This document shows positions 49,562 to 61,320 of a stretch of 64,000 nucleotides of DNA, piece by piece. The DNA lies in NCBI GenBank assembly GCA_963754315.1, contig CAVWFS010000007.1, forward strand, positions 800,001-864,000, read 5' to 3'. Position 1 is the first letter of the stretch. The number at the start of each line of letters is the position of its first letter. Both the position numbers and the translations under genes were made by a program. Under the pieces are notes generated by a model. That model searched no databases and was not told where the DNA came from. It worked only from the letters and a program-made list of their open reading frames with translations. This DNA comes from an uncultured Candidatus Rokubacteria bacterium (lineage in GTDB: Bacteria > Methylomirabilota > Methylomirabilia > Rokubacteriales > CSP1-6).

Positions 49562-52012
49562 TCACAGGGCCAGGCGGCGCAGGCGCAACGCGTTGGCGAT
49601 GACCGATACCGAGCTGAAGCTCATGGCAGCGCTGGCAATGATCGGGCTCAGGAGGATGCCGAACGCCGGATAGAGCACGCCCGCCGCGATGGGAACGCCA
49701 AGTGCGTTGTAGACGAAGGCAAAGAAGAGGTTCTCGCGGATGTTCCGCATGGTGGCCTGGCTCAGGCGACGGGCCCGTACGATCCCGCGCAGGTCGCCCC
49801 TGACCAGGATGATGCCCGCGCTCTGCATGGCCACGTCGGTGCCCGTCCCCATGGCGATGCCCACGTGGGCCTGGGCGAGGGCGGGGGCATCGTTCACCCC
49901 GTCGCCGGCCATCGCCACCACGCGGCCCTGGGCCTGTAATCGCTTGACCACCGCGCTCTTCTGCTCGGGGAGCACCTCGGCCTCGACGTCGGCAATGCCG
50001 AGCTTGCCGGCGATGGCGAGCGCAGTGGCCCGACTATCGCCGGTGAGCATCAGCACGTGCACGCCCGCTGCGCGCAGCAGGTCGAGCGCCTCCGGGGTGG
50101 ACGCCTTGATCGGATCGGCCACGCCGATCAGACCGGCAACCCGGCCGTCGACGGCCGCGAACATCACCGTTTGCCCCTCACCGCGTAGCCTCTGCGCATG
50201 CTGCTCGAACCCATCGAGCGGGACCTTGAGGCCCTCGAGGAGGCGCTGGTTGCCGAGAGCCACGCGCCGCCCGTCCACACGTCCGGTCACACCCTTGCCC
50301 GTCGTCGACCTAAACTCCTCAACGGAGACAAGGGTCACTCCACGCCGCTCGGCCCCGGCCACGATGGCGGCGGCCAGGGGGTGCTCGCTGCCGCGCTCGA
50401 GGCTCGCGGCCAGCTGTAGGATTTCAGCTTCGGACCACCCCTCGGCCGCTATCACCGACGTGAGCGCGGGCTTTCCCTCGGTCAAGGTTCCCGTCTTGTC
50501 GACGACGAGCGTGTCGACCTTCTCGAGCGTCTCCAGCGCCTCCGCGTTCCTGACGAGAACGCCGGCGGTGGCGCCGCGGCCGGTTCCCACCATGATGGAC
50601 ATTGGTGTGGCAAGGCCGAGCGCGCAGGGGCACGCGATGATCAGGACGGCGACCGCGTTCACCAGCGCGTACGCCATCCGCGGTTGGGGACCGACCAGGC
50701 CCCAGATGATAGCGGTCACCACGGCCACCGTGACCACGGCCGGGACGAAGTAGGAGGCGACGAGGTCGGCCAGCCGCTGGATCGGGGCCCGGCTGCGCTG
50801 GGCCTCGCTGACCATCTGGACGATCTGGGCGAGCAAGGTGTCACGGCCCACACGCTCGGCCACCATCACGAACCCGCCAGTGCCATTGACGGTGCCGCCG
50901 ATGACCGTACTGCCCGGCGACTTCTCGACCGGAATGGACTCGCCCGTCACCATCGACTCGTCGATCGCGCTCGCCCCCTCGAGCAGTCGGCCATCCACGG
51001 GGACCTTCTCTCCCGGGCGCACGCGCAGCCGGTCGCCGGGCTGCACGTCCTGCAGCGGAACGTCCTCCTCCGAACCGTCCGCCCGCATCCGCCGCGCCGT
51101 TCTCGGCGCCAGCCCGAGGAGCGCCTTGATCGCGCTGCTCGTCTGACTCCGAGCCCGCAATTCCAGCACCTGGCCCAGGAGCACCAGCACGGTGATCACG
51201 GCAGCCGCCTCGAAGTAGAGGCCCACCTGGCCTCCGTGCGCCCGGAAGGACGCCGGGAACAAGCCAGGGGCGATGACGGCCATCACGCTATAGACGTAGG
51301 CGAGGCCCGTCCCGAGCGCGATGAGCGTGAACATGTTCAGGCTGCGGTTGATGACGGAATGCCAGGCGCGGACGAAGAAGGGCCAGCCGCCCCACAGGAC
51401 CACCGGCGTGGCCAGCGCCAGCTGTCCCCAGGCGAGCAGCGGTGCGGGAAGCAGGTGGCGCAGCGGTTCGCCTGGCAGCATGTCGCCCATCACGAAAGCA
51501 AGCAACGGGACCGTCAGCCCGAGACTGATCCAGAAGCGCCGGGTCATGTCGACCAGCTCGGGGTCGGGTCCCTCCTCCACCGCTACCGTGCGCCGCTCAA
51601 GCGCCATCCCACAGATCGGGCATGCGCCGGGCCCCGGGCGGACGATCTCCGGGTGCATCGGGCACGTCCACTCCTCACGGGTGCTGACAACGGGAGTCAC
51701 CACCGGTTCGAGGGCCATCCCGCATCTGGGGCAGGAGCCCCGCCCCGCCTGGCTGACCTCCGGATGCATCGGGCACGTGTAGATGCGCTCATCGCGCGCA
51801 ACCGAAGCTCTCGGTGAAGGCGGTGCGAGGTACCGTACCGGGTCGGCCACGAACTTCTCGCGACAGCCAGGATTGCAGAACCAGTAGGTTGCCCCCGCAT
51901 GCTCCGCGCTGCCGCCCCGCGCCTGTCCTGGCACCACGTCCATGCCGCATACGGGATCCTTCACAGGCGCTTGCGAAGCAGCGTGCTGGGTCGGGTGGCG
52001 GGGCTCATTCAT
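49562..52012 (-). CDS. copA: Cu(I)-translocating P1B-type ATPase with YHS and heavy-metal-binding domains
   Basis: DPVCGM..FC..GC, two [34 protein letters not shown]. Confidence 0.93.
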   Translation of the reverse strand: MNEPRHPTQHAASQAPVKDPVCGMDVVPGQARGGSAEHAGATYWFCNPGCREKFVADPVRYLAPPSPRASVARDERIYTCPMHPEVSQAGRGSCPRCGMALEPVVTPVVSTREEWTCPMHPEIVRPGPGACPICGMALERRTVAVEEGPDPELVDMTRRFWISLGLTVPLLAFVMGDMLPGEPLRHLLPAPLLAWGQLALATPVVLWGGWPFFVRAWHSVINRSLNMFTLIALGTGLAYVYSVMAVIAPGLFPASFRAHGGQVGLYFEAAAVITVLVLLGQVLELRARSQTSSAIKALLGLAPRTARRMRADGSEEDVPLQDVQPGDRLRVRPGEKVPVDGRLLEGASAIDESMVTGESIPVEKSPGSTVIGGTVNGTGGFVMVAERVGRDTLLAQIVQMVSEAQRSRAPIQRLADLVASYFVPAVVTVAVVTAIIWGLVGPQPRMAYALVNAVAVLIIACPCALGLATPMSIMVGTGRGATAGVLVRNAEALETLEKVDTLVVDKTGTLTEGKPALTSVIAAEGWSEAEILQLAASLERGSEHPLAAAIVAGAERRGVTLVSVEEFRSTTGKGVTGRVDGRRVALGNQRLLEGLKVPLDGFEQHAQRLRGEGQTVMFAAVDGRVAGLIGVADPIKASTPEALDLLRAAGVHVLMLTGDSRATALAIAGKLGIADVEAEVLPEQKSAVVKRLQAQGRVVAMAGDGVNDAPALAQAHVGIAMGTGTDVAMQSAGIILVRGDLRGIVRARRLSQATMRNIRENLFFAFVYNALGVPIAAGVLYPAFGILLSPIIASAAMSFSSVSVIANALRLRRLAL

Positions 52013-52200
52013 CGCGCTAGTCCGATCGACCATCTGCAAGGCATCATAGCCTGGCTCGACGGCGATGATGACGCGCCCGCGACCGGAGTGTTCGTTGGAC
52101 CCGTACTTGAGATATCAAGCTTGATTGATGGGGTACGCTGGAAAAGGCTGAAGAGAGCCCGGTGTCCGCTCTGGTCGCGACCCAGGGAGCCCGCCTGTTC

Positions 52201-53454
52201 ATGAGCGACGACGCAGCCACACCAATACGCGAGAAGGTGGACGCGGTCTATCGTTCCGACTCGCGGCGCGTCCTGGCCACCTTGATTCGTAGACTGGGGG
52301 ACTTCGACCTCGCCGAAGAGGCTTTGCACGACGCCTTCGCGGCCGCCGCCGAACAGTGGCCACGCGACGGCGTACCCGCTAATCCGCGCGCCTGGCTCGT
52401 CTCGGTCGGCCGCTTCAAGGCGATCGACACGATCCGACGGCGTGCTCGCTTCGACGCCTCCCTGGGGGAGCTTGCCGAGCGCCTCGCGGACGAGGCGGTT
52501 GACGCTCCCGGACGGGACCACGAAGACATCGAGGACGACCGGCTACGGCTGATCTTCACGTGCTGCCATCCCGCCCTTACCGCCGACGCCCGGGTGGCTC
52601 TGACCTTGCGCGAGGTATGCGGGCTGACCACCGAGGAAATCGCCCACGCCTTCCTGACCGCCCCCGCCACGGTGGCCCAGCGAATCGTGCGTGCCAAGGC
52701 GAAGATTCGCCATGCGCGCATCCCCTACCAGGTTCCGGCACGGCCCGATCTCACCGACCGCCTCGATACCGTCCTCCAGGTCGTCTATCTGGTCTTCAAC
52801 GAGGGCTACTCGGCCTCGTCAGGGGAATCGTTGACGCGCCACGATCTGTCGAGCGAGGCAATCCGCCTGGGGCGACTGCTGGTCGCCTTGCTACCCGAGC
52901 CCGAAGCGGTCGGACTGCTGGCCCTGATGCTGCTGCACGAGTCCCGGCGCGCCGCGCGCACGTCGCCCACAGGGGAACTGGTCTTACTCCCCGATCAGGA
53001 CCGCACCTTGTGGAACGGGGAGCAGATCGCGGAGGGCGCCACGCTCGTCGAGCGCGCGCTCTCCTCGCGCCGAGTCGGCCCCTACACATTGCAGGCGGCG
53101 ATTGCTGGGGTGCACGCCGAGGCTCACACCGCCGCTGCCACCGACTGGGCTCAGATCGTCCGACTATACGATCTGCTGGTCCAGGCGGCCCCGTCGCCCG
53201 TGGTCGAGCTGAACCGAGCGGTGGCGGTGGCGATGCGCGACGGTCCCCGCGCGGGGTTGGCGCTGATCGACGCGATCCTGGCCCGCGGCGAGCTGGGTAA
53301 CTACCACCTCGCACACTCGGCGCGAGCAGACCTATGCCGACGCTTGGGGCAAACAGCCGAGGCCCGCACCGCGTACAAGCGGGCGCTCGCCCTCACTCGG
53401 CAAGAGCCGGAGCGGCGATTTCTGGAGCGCAGGCTGGAGGAGTTACGCCGCTGA
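52201..53454 (+). CDS. ECF sigma factor with C-terminal TPR extension (ECF42-like)
   Basis: DLAEEALHDAF, DDRLRLIFTCCHPAL, AQRIVRAK, YLVFNEGY, QDRTLW, GPYTLQAAI, LNRAVA. Confidence 0.9.
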   Translation: MSDDAATPIREKVDAVYRSDSRRVLATLIRRLGDFDLAEEALHDAFAAAAEQWPRDGVPANPRAWLVSVGRFKAIDTIRRRARFDASLGELAERLADEAVDAPGRDHEDIEDDRLRLIFTCCHPALTADARVALTLREVCGLTTEEIAHAFLTAPATVAQRIVRAKAKIRHARIPYQVPARPDLTDRLDTVLQVVYLVFNEGYSASSGESLTRHDLSSEAIRLGRLLVALLPEPEAVGLLALMLLHESRRAARTSPTGELVLLPDQDRTLWNGEQIAEGATLVERALSSRRVGPYTLQAAIAGVHAEAHTAAATDWAQIVRLYDLLVQAAPSPVVELNRAVAVAMRDGPRAGLALIDAILARGELGNYHLAHSARADLCRRLGQTAEARTAYKRALALTRQEPERRFLERRLEELRR

Positions 53455-53460
53455 GACGAC

Positions 53461-53501
53461 CCGTGAGGGCCCGCGCTCGCGGCAGACGCGGCCCCTCACG
53501 G
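53461..53501. terminator. Hairpin between convergent genes
   Basis: CCGTGAGGG-C-CCGCG..CGCGG-C-CCCTCACGG. Confidence 0.55.
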
Positions 53502-53513
53502 TGATCGCGGCCC

Positions 53514-54293
53514 TCAGTTACGGTATGACGGGTCCGTGCGGTCGAGCCGCCGCAGGAGTCCAGGCCAGGCCATGGCTCCTGGACCCTCGCCGGGCTTGCG
53601 CATGGCGCCCATGCGCGCGTAGTGCCCCTCCAGAACGTCTTTGGGGACCGGGATCAGCTCGCCGCCGCCCGCCTGGGCGCGTACCTGGATGGCGCAGGAG
53701 GCCTCCAGGTAATACATGTGAATGAAGGCGTCCGCCACCGTCCCGCCCACCGTGAGGAGGCCGTGATTGCGAAGGATCAGACAGTTCGCATCACCGAGGT
53801 CGCGTACGAGTCGGGGCTGCTCGTCCTCGCTGAGGGCAACCCCCTCGAAATCGTGGTAGCCGAGACTGGCTAGCACGAACATCGAGTGTTGGGAGATCGG
53901 CTGCAGTCCCGCCCGCTGGGTGGCCACGGCTATGCCGTTGACGGTGTGGGTGTGGAGCACGCACTTGGCGTCGGCTCGTGCGGCGTGGATGGCGCTGTGA
54001 ATGATGAAGCCCGCCTGGTTCACCGGGAACGGCGAGTCGCCCACCTTGCTGCCCGAGAGGTCGATCTTCACCAGGCTCGACGCCGTGATTTCGTCGAAGA
54101 AGAGCCCGTACGGATTGATCAGGAAGTGCTCCTCGGCCCCCGGCACCCGCGCGCTGATATGGGTGAACACGAGGTCCTCCCAGCCGTAGCGCGCCACCAG
54201 CCGGTAGCACGCCGCCAGGTCGACGCGCACCGCCCATTCCTCTGGCGAGACCTTGCCCTTCAACGACGGAATCTCGAGCCCATAGCTACTCAT
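53514..54293 (-). CDS. Class II aldolase/adducin family protein
   Basis: RVDLAACYR, THISAR, EITASSL, IHSAIH, HTHT, LRNHG; GAGGAG RBS. Confidence 0.93.
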   Translation of the reverse strand: MSSYGLEIPSLKGKVSPEEWAVRVDLAACYRLVARYGWEDLVFTHISARVPGAEEHFLINPYGLFFDEITASSLVKIDLSGSKVGDSPFPVNQAGFIIHSAIHAARADAKCVLHTHTVNGIAVATQRAGLQPISQHSMFVLASLGYHDFEGVALSEDEQPRLVRDLGDANCLILRNHGLLTVGGTVADAFIHMYYLEASCAIQVRAQAGGGELIPVPKDVLEGHYARMGAMRKPGEGPGAMAWPGLLRRLDRTDPSYRN

Positions 54294-54339
54294 CAACGCG
54301 TCTCCTCTCGTCGCGACATGATCCACCCATGATACCCCC

Positions 54340-55979
54340 CGTCTCGAACCCCCCACAAGTGTTGAGTACTTCGCCCTGAGAGCAGCTTGGCGAAGCGACA
54401 CCCGACCCTCGAACCGATAGCCCCGGCATCCAGCCCGGCGCACCGGGTGAACCATGATCGGGCCGACCAGGATCTTTCGCAGCATGGCCCGCGCTTGAGG
54501 CGTCTTCTCGGCCAGGAGAGCCGACACGTCGGAGGTCTTCGCTCGGAGATCTCTGGCGATCGCTGCCGTGTCGAGACTCGCGACCGTTCCCACGGTCCCG
54601 AGAGACGCTAGCTCTGTTTCGAGAGCCCGCTTCGTGCCGTTTCGGTCTGGAGTCGTGACTTGATCTCGTCACTAGGCAGTGGACCCATCGGCAAGCGCAT
54701 CGACCAGGCGATCGATCTTCCCTCGGATCGAGGCTAGCTCCTTCTCGACGATCGTTCGTCGATCCAGTGACGACGCCTGGTCAGTCCGAAGCCGATTGAC
54801 GGCACGGGTCAACGCCAGCGAGACCAGATCGGGATTCAGGACTTCCCGGAGCGAGAGTCTAAGCGCCTCGTCGAAGAGCGGTTGCTTGACCGTGATGTCG
54901 TTGGGGCAGATCGCGTGGCCCCGTTGCCGATGCGTCCCGCACTCGTAGACTTTGCCCCGGCGTCGGGTCTGAATGCGGATGTTCCCAGGGCACACGGCAC
55001 ACTCCCGAAGCCTGTCCAGAATGATCGCTGTAGCCATCGAACCATGAGGCGCGACCCAGGAGCTTGCCCGTCTTCGGCGAGCGAGGAAGCGCCGCCTTTC
55101 GCGCGGCCCGGATGGTCTGGACTTTGTGCCAGAATTCATCGGAGATGATCCGAAGGTCTTCGTTGGTGCTTCTGATCCACTCCCGCTCGGGGCGAGGGAG
55201 ATGGCGCTTCTTGCCCCGCTTGACCACGGTCTGTCGCTGATTCCAGATGACGTCACCGATGTAGGCTCGATTGGCCAGGACGTAGCGAACGCCCGTATTC
55301 GACCAGCCTCGGGGACGTGGAGCCGGGCACCCCTCCCGATTCAGCATCTTCGTGATCGTGACGGAGCCAATGCCCGAGGCGTAGAGGGTGAAGATCCGTT
55401 CGACGATCGCGGCCTGTTCACGATTGATGGTGCGGATGACCCGACGCGCGGGCGTGGTGACGGCGAGATTGTCGTAGCCGAAGACGCGGCCTCCGGTCAC
55501 GTAGCCCGCGTGTGCCCGTTGCCGGGCCGAATCATAGACGCGTCTGGAGGCTTGCCGACGCTCACTGGCCGACGCGAAGCTGCGCATCATCGTCATGATC
55601 TGGCCCGTCTCGTCATCGACGCAGATCTCCGCCCCGCTCATGTACTCGTAGATCTTCACGTCGTACTCGGACAACTGCCACAAGATGTACGTGCTCTCGA
55701 TCATGTTGCCACGCCCGACGCGGGCTTGTTCGGAGAGGATCAAGACCTGAAACTTCCCGTCCTTCGCGTCGGCGACCATGCGGTCACGCGCCTTCAACTT
55801 CGCGTACTCGACGCCGCTAATCATGTCGTCGATGTACACGTGCTCGGGCTCGACGGTCCAGCCCTTCGAGACGGCGAAGTCTCTCGCGTGCTGGACCTGG
55901 CGCTCGACGCTTTCCGACGCGCCCGAAGCACCCTTTTCCTGTTCATTCGATTTTCTCGTGTAAATCGCGGCTGAATCAC
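54340..55979 (-). CDS. Large serine recombinase/integrase (frameshifted as sequenced)
   Basis: AAIYTRKS..SVERQ..YIDDMISG catalytic domain; GGRVFGY..IVERIF..NRAYIG..IISDEFWHKVQ; zinc ribbon CAVC..YEC..C; coiled coil. The 3' end is approximate. Confidence 0.85.
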
Positions 55980-56459
55980 GGTCGTCTCTCCTGTGGTCAT
56001 GGGTGATGGTTTCAGAAAGATCGTTTCGGCTTGGGGCTCGTGGCCAGCGGGACACGTCGCCGTGAACGGGACAGGTGAAGTCAGCGATCCAGCACGCGTG
56101 ACAGATCAGACAGCGGCCTAGCTTCTCGTCCAAGGTCGATGAGTCTGGAAGTTTGCTCGTCTCGAAGACGTAGAGCTTCGACGGCTTCGGTGATGGCGTG
56201 GTCGTCATCGGGGACGATGGTCCGCAATGACGAAGAGCAGACATATCAATCGGGGCAACACTTCGCGGGCTATGCTCTCTGTGTCATCCAGGACATCCGC
56301 GAGACCGCGACCGATCCAGGGGTACGAAGCGTCAACGAACCGACCGACGAAGGTCGCGTCATCCTACGACCGGCGAGCGATCCTGATGAAGATGGTGTCC
56401 GTTGGGTGCGCCTCTTGAAGCATGAGGAAGACGGCATCGACTCTGAGGGCCGTCATGGG

Positions 56460-56648
56460 TCACTTCGTGTCCTTCAAGTACCGGGTGATCGCTTCGATCA
56501 CGAGTTGCCGGTAATCCCGGCGCTCTTCGATGGCCCGGATCTTGGCCCGTTGCCAGAGATCCTCCGGCATGTCCACGGTGCTTCTGACCAGCCCCTTAGC
56601 GGGCATCTTGCTGGTCGGCTTCGTGGTCGGCTTCGTCGGCTTCTTCAT
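56460..56648 (-). CDS. Small ribbon-helix-helix DNA-binding protein
   Basis: VRSTVDMPEDLWQRAKIRAIEERRDYRQLVIEAITRYL. Confidence 0.7.
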   Translation of the reverse strand: MKKPTKPTTKPTSKMPAKGLVRSTVDMPEDLWQRAKIRAIEERRDYRQLVIEAITRYLKDTK

Positions 56649-56673
56649 GGTGATGGTCACGATCGCCACCTGC

Positions 56674-57179
56674 CCGACGTGCCCGATGGGCATGGTGGAC
56701 GGCGGCGGCTGGGTGTGACGGAATTGCCGCTCTACGGCATTCACGAGCTTGATGCCGTACCGATCACCGAGCCCGTGATCGTCGTCGAAGGTGAGCCAGC
56801 CCGAGACCGAGACGCCCTTCAGGCGCATGGCTTCTTCGCGCACGGCACCGTGACCGAAGCCGCCACCTGTCCCAACGATGCGGCATTCGCCCCGCTAGCG
56901 GAACCGATCGAGGTAAACGGGATCGCGCGCCGACGACGGGTAATTCTCTGGCCCGATCATGACGAGCCAGGCCGCAAGCACATGACGAAGATTGGCGCTG
57001 CACTCACGCGGCTTGGGATCGGCAGCGTCGAGTTGACATGGGGCGAGCGTGACGGGGACGACGCCGCCGATTTCTTTCAGCGTGGCGGAACAGCGGAGCA
57101 ATTGCAGGCGATGATCGCCGCCAACGACATCATGGCCAAGCTGATCGGCAGCGGCCCGGTGATTCACGTCGGCCCGTAG
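56674..57179 (+). pseudogene. TOPRIM (primase-like) domain fragment
   Basis: LPLYG, VIVVEGE, ILWPDHDEPG (DxD), GDDAADF; no clear start. Confidence 0.7.
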
Positions 57180-57439
57180 ATGGTTCCTGTTCGCCGGATT
57201 CCCACCACACACGCTTGTTGGGGCCTGCTCCTTTACGGCAGTGGTACGCGACGATCTCGCCCTGCCGATCACGGATCTCGTAACAGGTGATGATCTCGTC
57301 GTCGTGTGGCTCCGGCTCCTGCTCGGGCGGCTGTTCCTGCTCGTGCTGCTCCTGCTCTGGCTCTGGCTCGGGCTCTGGCTCGGGCTCGCCGCTCTCGTCG
57401 ATCGGCGGCTCTGGCGTCGGGTCTGACTGTGCGGCTCGC

Positions 57440-60230
57440 AGTATGCATGGTTGATTAAAGCTGGCAAGATAGGAGTAGATAATAGAGAGGATTAGTTAAT
57501 GTAGCTGCTCACATATAGGTAGTGAGAGTGGACACAAGGACAGCGGACACGCTGATGCTGGTACAAGCGAATAAAGTTCGCATGTATTGGCGAGTGATAC
57601 TCTGGCAGCGAACAAAGAACCTTCTGCAGTCTGGAGAATAGAAACGCGAGCAGAGAGCGAGCACGTGGAGAGAGAAGCTGTAGGTCTAAAGGCACAAGAG
57701 GTATAGTAGTAGATAGGTATGGAGTTGAGTAGAGGAGAAGGGAAAAAGGAGATTAGGAAAGAGAGATATGGCTAAAGAGATTAGAGAGTGTTGCAGTGTG
57801 GCAATGGCAGTGCTAGTCTCTGCATAGTAGGTGCGCTTTTCTTGGTAGCTGATGCCGGGAGAAAAGAGGCTCTAGGCATAGCCACGTTCAGATCTGGTTC
57901 GCATCGCACGAGCTAGCTAGATTGCTTCTGAGCTTTGTATTTTTAGAGATAAGATAGAAGGAACAAGAGCAGTAAGCTAGCGGTTAGCTAAGAGTGGATA
58001 TTAAACAAGAGATATAGGTACTGGAAACTGTGAAGAGAAGTGTTAAAGATCTGGGAGGCTTAGATTGAAGTGAAGTGATATAGTTAGTCAGGGACGGGAG
58101 ACGAAAGAGTAGATTTAGTCTTAGTCTAGTATATAGTACTAGTGCTCGCTCTGTGTCTAGGCGTATATAGTAGTCTGGGGAGATAGCGGATGGTGCTAGA
58201 CATGGTTATAGCACGGGGTTTTAGGATATTAAGGGGAGAGAAGAAGAAGGAAGATGAGCGAGAAGATCAGATAGACGATCTACAACGTTAGATGATGAAT
58301 TTTGAGTGCTACTGAAAGGTTACCTCAGCGCATTCGCGTCAGACTCACGGACGTTCCTCGGTAGATCTGAGCGTCGGACTATGGGTTTTCAAGGGCTTTG
58401 ACAGGGTTTGAGCGTTCACTCTCGATCTGACACTGTTCGGCGGAAAACGCTTTGCGTGATCGCAGGATGGCGACGCGTCACGCTGAGTCGTTCAGGTGTG
58501 GGCGTCGGTGAGCAGCATGAACGCGGTGACTTTGCTGCACTGGCACGGCAATAGGATAGACGTCTCACTGGCGGTGATGCTGTTGTCTACTTAGAACAGG
58601 ACGCTTTCGCATGCGCAGCATCGCAAGGTCCGGGAGGCGACTCGGCAGAAGAGCGCTACTTGCAAGGCGTCGTAGTGCTCGTAGTCTGTCTTGGGCTCGT
58701 CGCTCATGGCACGCTGGCCCGATCCTGGGGGCCTTCAGACGACCCAGCGAGGACTTAGGGCTATGGGGGCACCCATGAACAGGGAAGAAGCTTCGTCCGT
58801 CCCTGAGTGCCGCGCTTGGCCTCACCTTCGCTCAGCGTGACGCGTCCTGAGGCCACGCGATCACTGACGTTAGACGAGGCGGTGACTCTGGCTAGATCGC
58901 GACGGTGCTGTCGACGGCTCGGGATGGTCGAGATTCATCGTCGTCGAGGAGATCAGGAACGTCGAGAAAGCTTTGGTTCGCGGGGCGGGGTAGGTAGGGC
59001 AACGGCTGATGATGTGGGGTGCGATCGCTAGCGTACGGCTAGAGCGCTCGCAGTGGGGACAGCAGTGCGATACACACGTGCGTCGGTACGTCAGCGATCT
59101 GCGCTTGGTCACGACTCGTTGCAGTGTGGGCACTGTGTTACTCTCTATCACTCTGGTGCTCTTCTCTGTTGAATATACGCTCTGACTGGCATGGGAGCGT
59201 GGTCTACTCACGTGTCGCGACTGCGCTATTGATGAAACGTTCGCTTCGGTTAGGGTGAACAAGACGACTCGGCGTGTGTAGCGAAGGGAATGAGGGTGCC
59301 TTCTGAGTGCGTCTGATCGCCTGCGGGTTATCTCTTCGCGAGCGGCAATATCGCTGAGGGTAAGAAGCGGTGCAGCACGAGCGGCGGCTGTCGCATGACA
59401 GCGGCTGAGCTTACTCCACTGAGACTCGAACTAAGAAGTTTTCTGAGAGATCAGCGAGAACGGCAGAAGCGAGCATGAAGAGGTATGAAGCGGACATGAT
59501 GGTAACGGTCAGACTCTCACATGGAAGAGTGAAGGTTATAGAGCTTCAAGGTTCAGGGATAGAGCGGGAGGCTGAGAGATGGGAGCGCTCAGAGATACAC
59601 GGAGGCGTTCTCTTACAGCGAACACTGGTTCTGAGGCTCGCGACGACGCGCACGAGCGCTCGAAACAGGTGTTCTCTACAGAGAACACTGAGGCTATTCG
59701 ACTTGCTCAGCAGGATGGAAATAGTGTCTGAAACGCGCTCAGATTTAGATTCTACGTCACGCAACTAGTTGATACTAATGATTTATTTACGCTACAGACA
59801 GTACGGTTTAATACTGTGGTGGATCTCGACGACGGATTTTCAGCGCAACGAAGACGAGACGCGATCACACAAGGGCATTTTACGAGATGTGAACACGAGT
59901 TATGTATCGGCGGACACGTGGAGGATGTGACAGGAGATGCGCGTAGGCGCGCAAAGGAGAAAGATGCGGCTGACGAACGCAGAGCGTACACACTGTGATA
60001 GAGTGTGGCGATGTTGCTGTGTACGGCTAGATGGTTCTTCGTTAGAGACGCGGAGCTCGACGTTTGCGTAAGGCGGAGGGCGAAAGGAGTGATGGCTTGG
60101 CGCTCAAGTGTGATGCTAAGGTTGGCGGCATGGTTCAAGCGCGTGATATGCTGGTTGAGCGTGCTTCTGGAGATTGTTTGGCACGGACGCGGTGATACGA
60201 TACTCGACGGCACTCACACCAGCGAACGAG
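57440..60230. other. Anomalous lower-GC, purine-skewed non-coding stretch, probably a base-calling or assembly artefact
   Basis: Abrupt composition change, AG-rich, frequent stop codons, no credible ORF. Confidence 0.65.
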
Positions 60231-61320
60231 AAGCGGCCGGCGACACCATGAAGAGTTTCAACTCACCGACGCCCGCGTGTCACGAGGAGTCCGCGCCACG
60301 TGCTGGAGCGCTGTCACCGGCACGGCAAGAACGAGGAATATGCCGAGTATCGCTACGCGTCCGATCCCAAGCGCTCCTGTCGCACGTGCAGCACTTGACG
60401 GTCGAGACACGTGCGATGCCGCCAGGGCCTTATTTGTCCGGTCGATACCTCGATCTTCTGGTCAAAGCAGGTCCCGATCTGTCATCTCCGAAGCCGGGAG
60501 AACCAGGATAGAAGCGAAGATCGAGTACGGACGTGAAGGCATCGGGGGCTCGAAGCCCATCGCTGCGCCTGGGTGGCGTCAGCCCCGTCTATCGGACACG
60601 CGCGGGCATCGCCTGGTTGCCTGGATGACTCGATCATGGCGGGATGGTGAAGAGTGCGACTACGACATGCTGGATGAAGATGACGTACCAGGAGAGCGTA
60701 TGCCAACTCCCAACGAAAGCCGGGCACGTTCAATCAGGCCGAGCTCTTGAGCTGTTGGACTTCATCCGCCGAAGTGCGACCAGATCGAGGCCGAGCATTT
60801 CACCGAGATGCGATCACCGGCCAGCGGCGATCGAAGTCGGAGGGCGACGACCAGTTCAAGCAACAACTTCTTACCGTCCGAGCAGGTGCGCCAGTCCAAT
60901 GAAGCCCCAGCACGCGCCTATGCGAATCTGGCCATTCGGGAGTTCTACAAGACTATAAGCGTGAGCATAGAGACGTCGATCAAAAATCCCGTGCGCCAGG
61001 TCAGACGTCCCCAGGCGGCGACAGGCGTCCTCTAGCACCAAACACCATCGCCCGTGATCGTTTACCAGCCATGGCCCTTGCCGTTCCACGTGACGCCCTA
61101 ATCACCCTCAAAGCTTTGAGGGGTGACGCATCATCGACACCTTCACCACCAACTTCACCCACGCCGTCAGCAGCCGAACGCACTCCGCAACATCCTGGAG
61201 CGCGCGACCGTCAAACTGAGCGCCTCCGCCGTTCAAGAAGCCGGAACGGTCGCCCACTCTAGCGAGGAGATAAGAGGACGCGTAGATCATCGGCGACGTG
61301 ATCGTGATCGGCCAGCCCTC

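Larger units (their letters stand above)
54340..57440. mobile_element. Serine-integrase element (prophage, satellite or IME remnant); boundaries approximate
   Basis: Integrase, RHH regulator and TOPRIM primase fragments next to the host aldolase gene. Confidence 0.6.

Noticed and set aside
54330..54360. tRNA fragment as integration site (GGTTCGA on the minus strand)
   Set aside because: The flanks do not pair as a T-arm and there is no acceptor stem.
55980..56244. Cys-rich N-terminal extension fused to the serine integrase
   Set aside because: An AGGAGA RBS and GTG sit just before the catalytic AAIYTRK motif, so the fusion is more likely a one-base error joining a separate small upstream gene.
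57492..60213. Short ORFs in the anomalous block
   Set aside because: Random-looking composition with no motifs or host-like codon bias.
61200..61320. Thymidylate-synthase-like N-terminus in the IS-interrupted ORF
   Set aside because: Only a vague pattern in frameshifted sequence; no catalytic motif visible.
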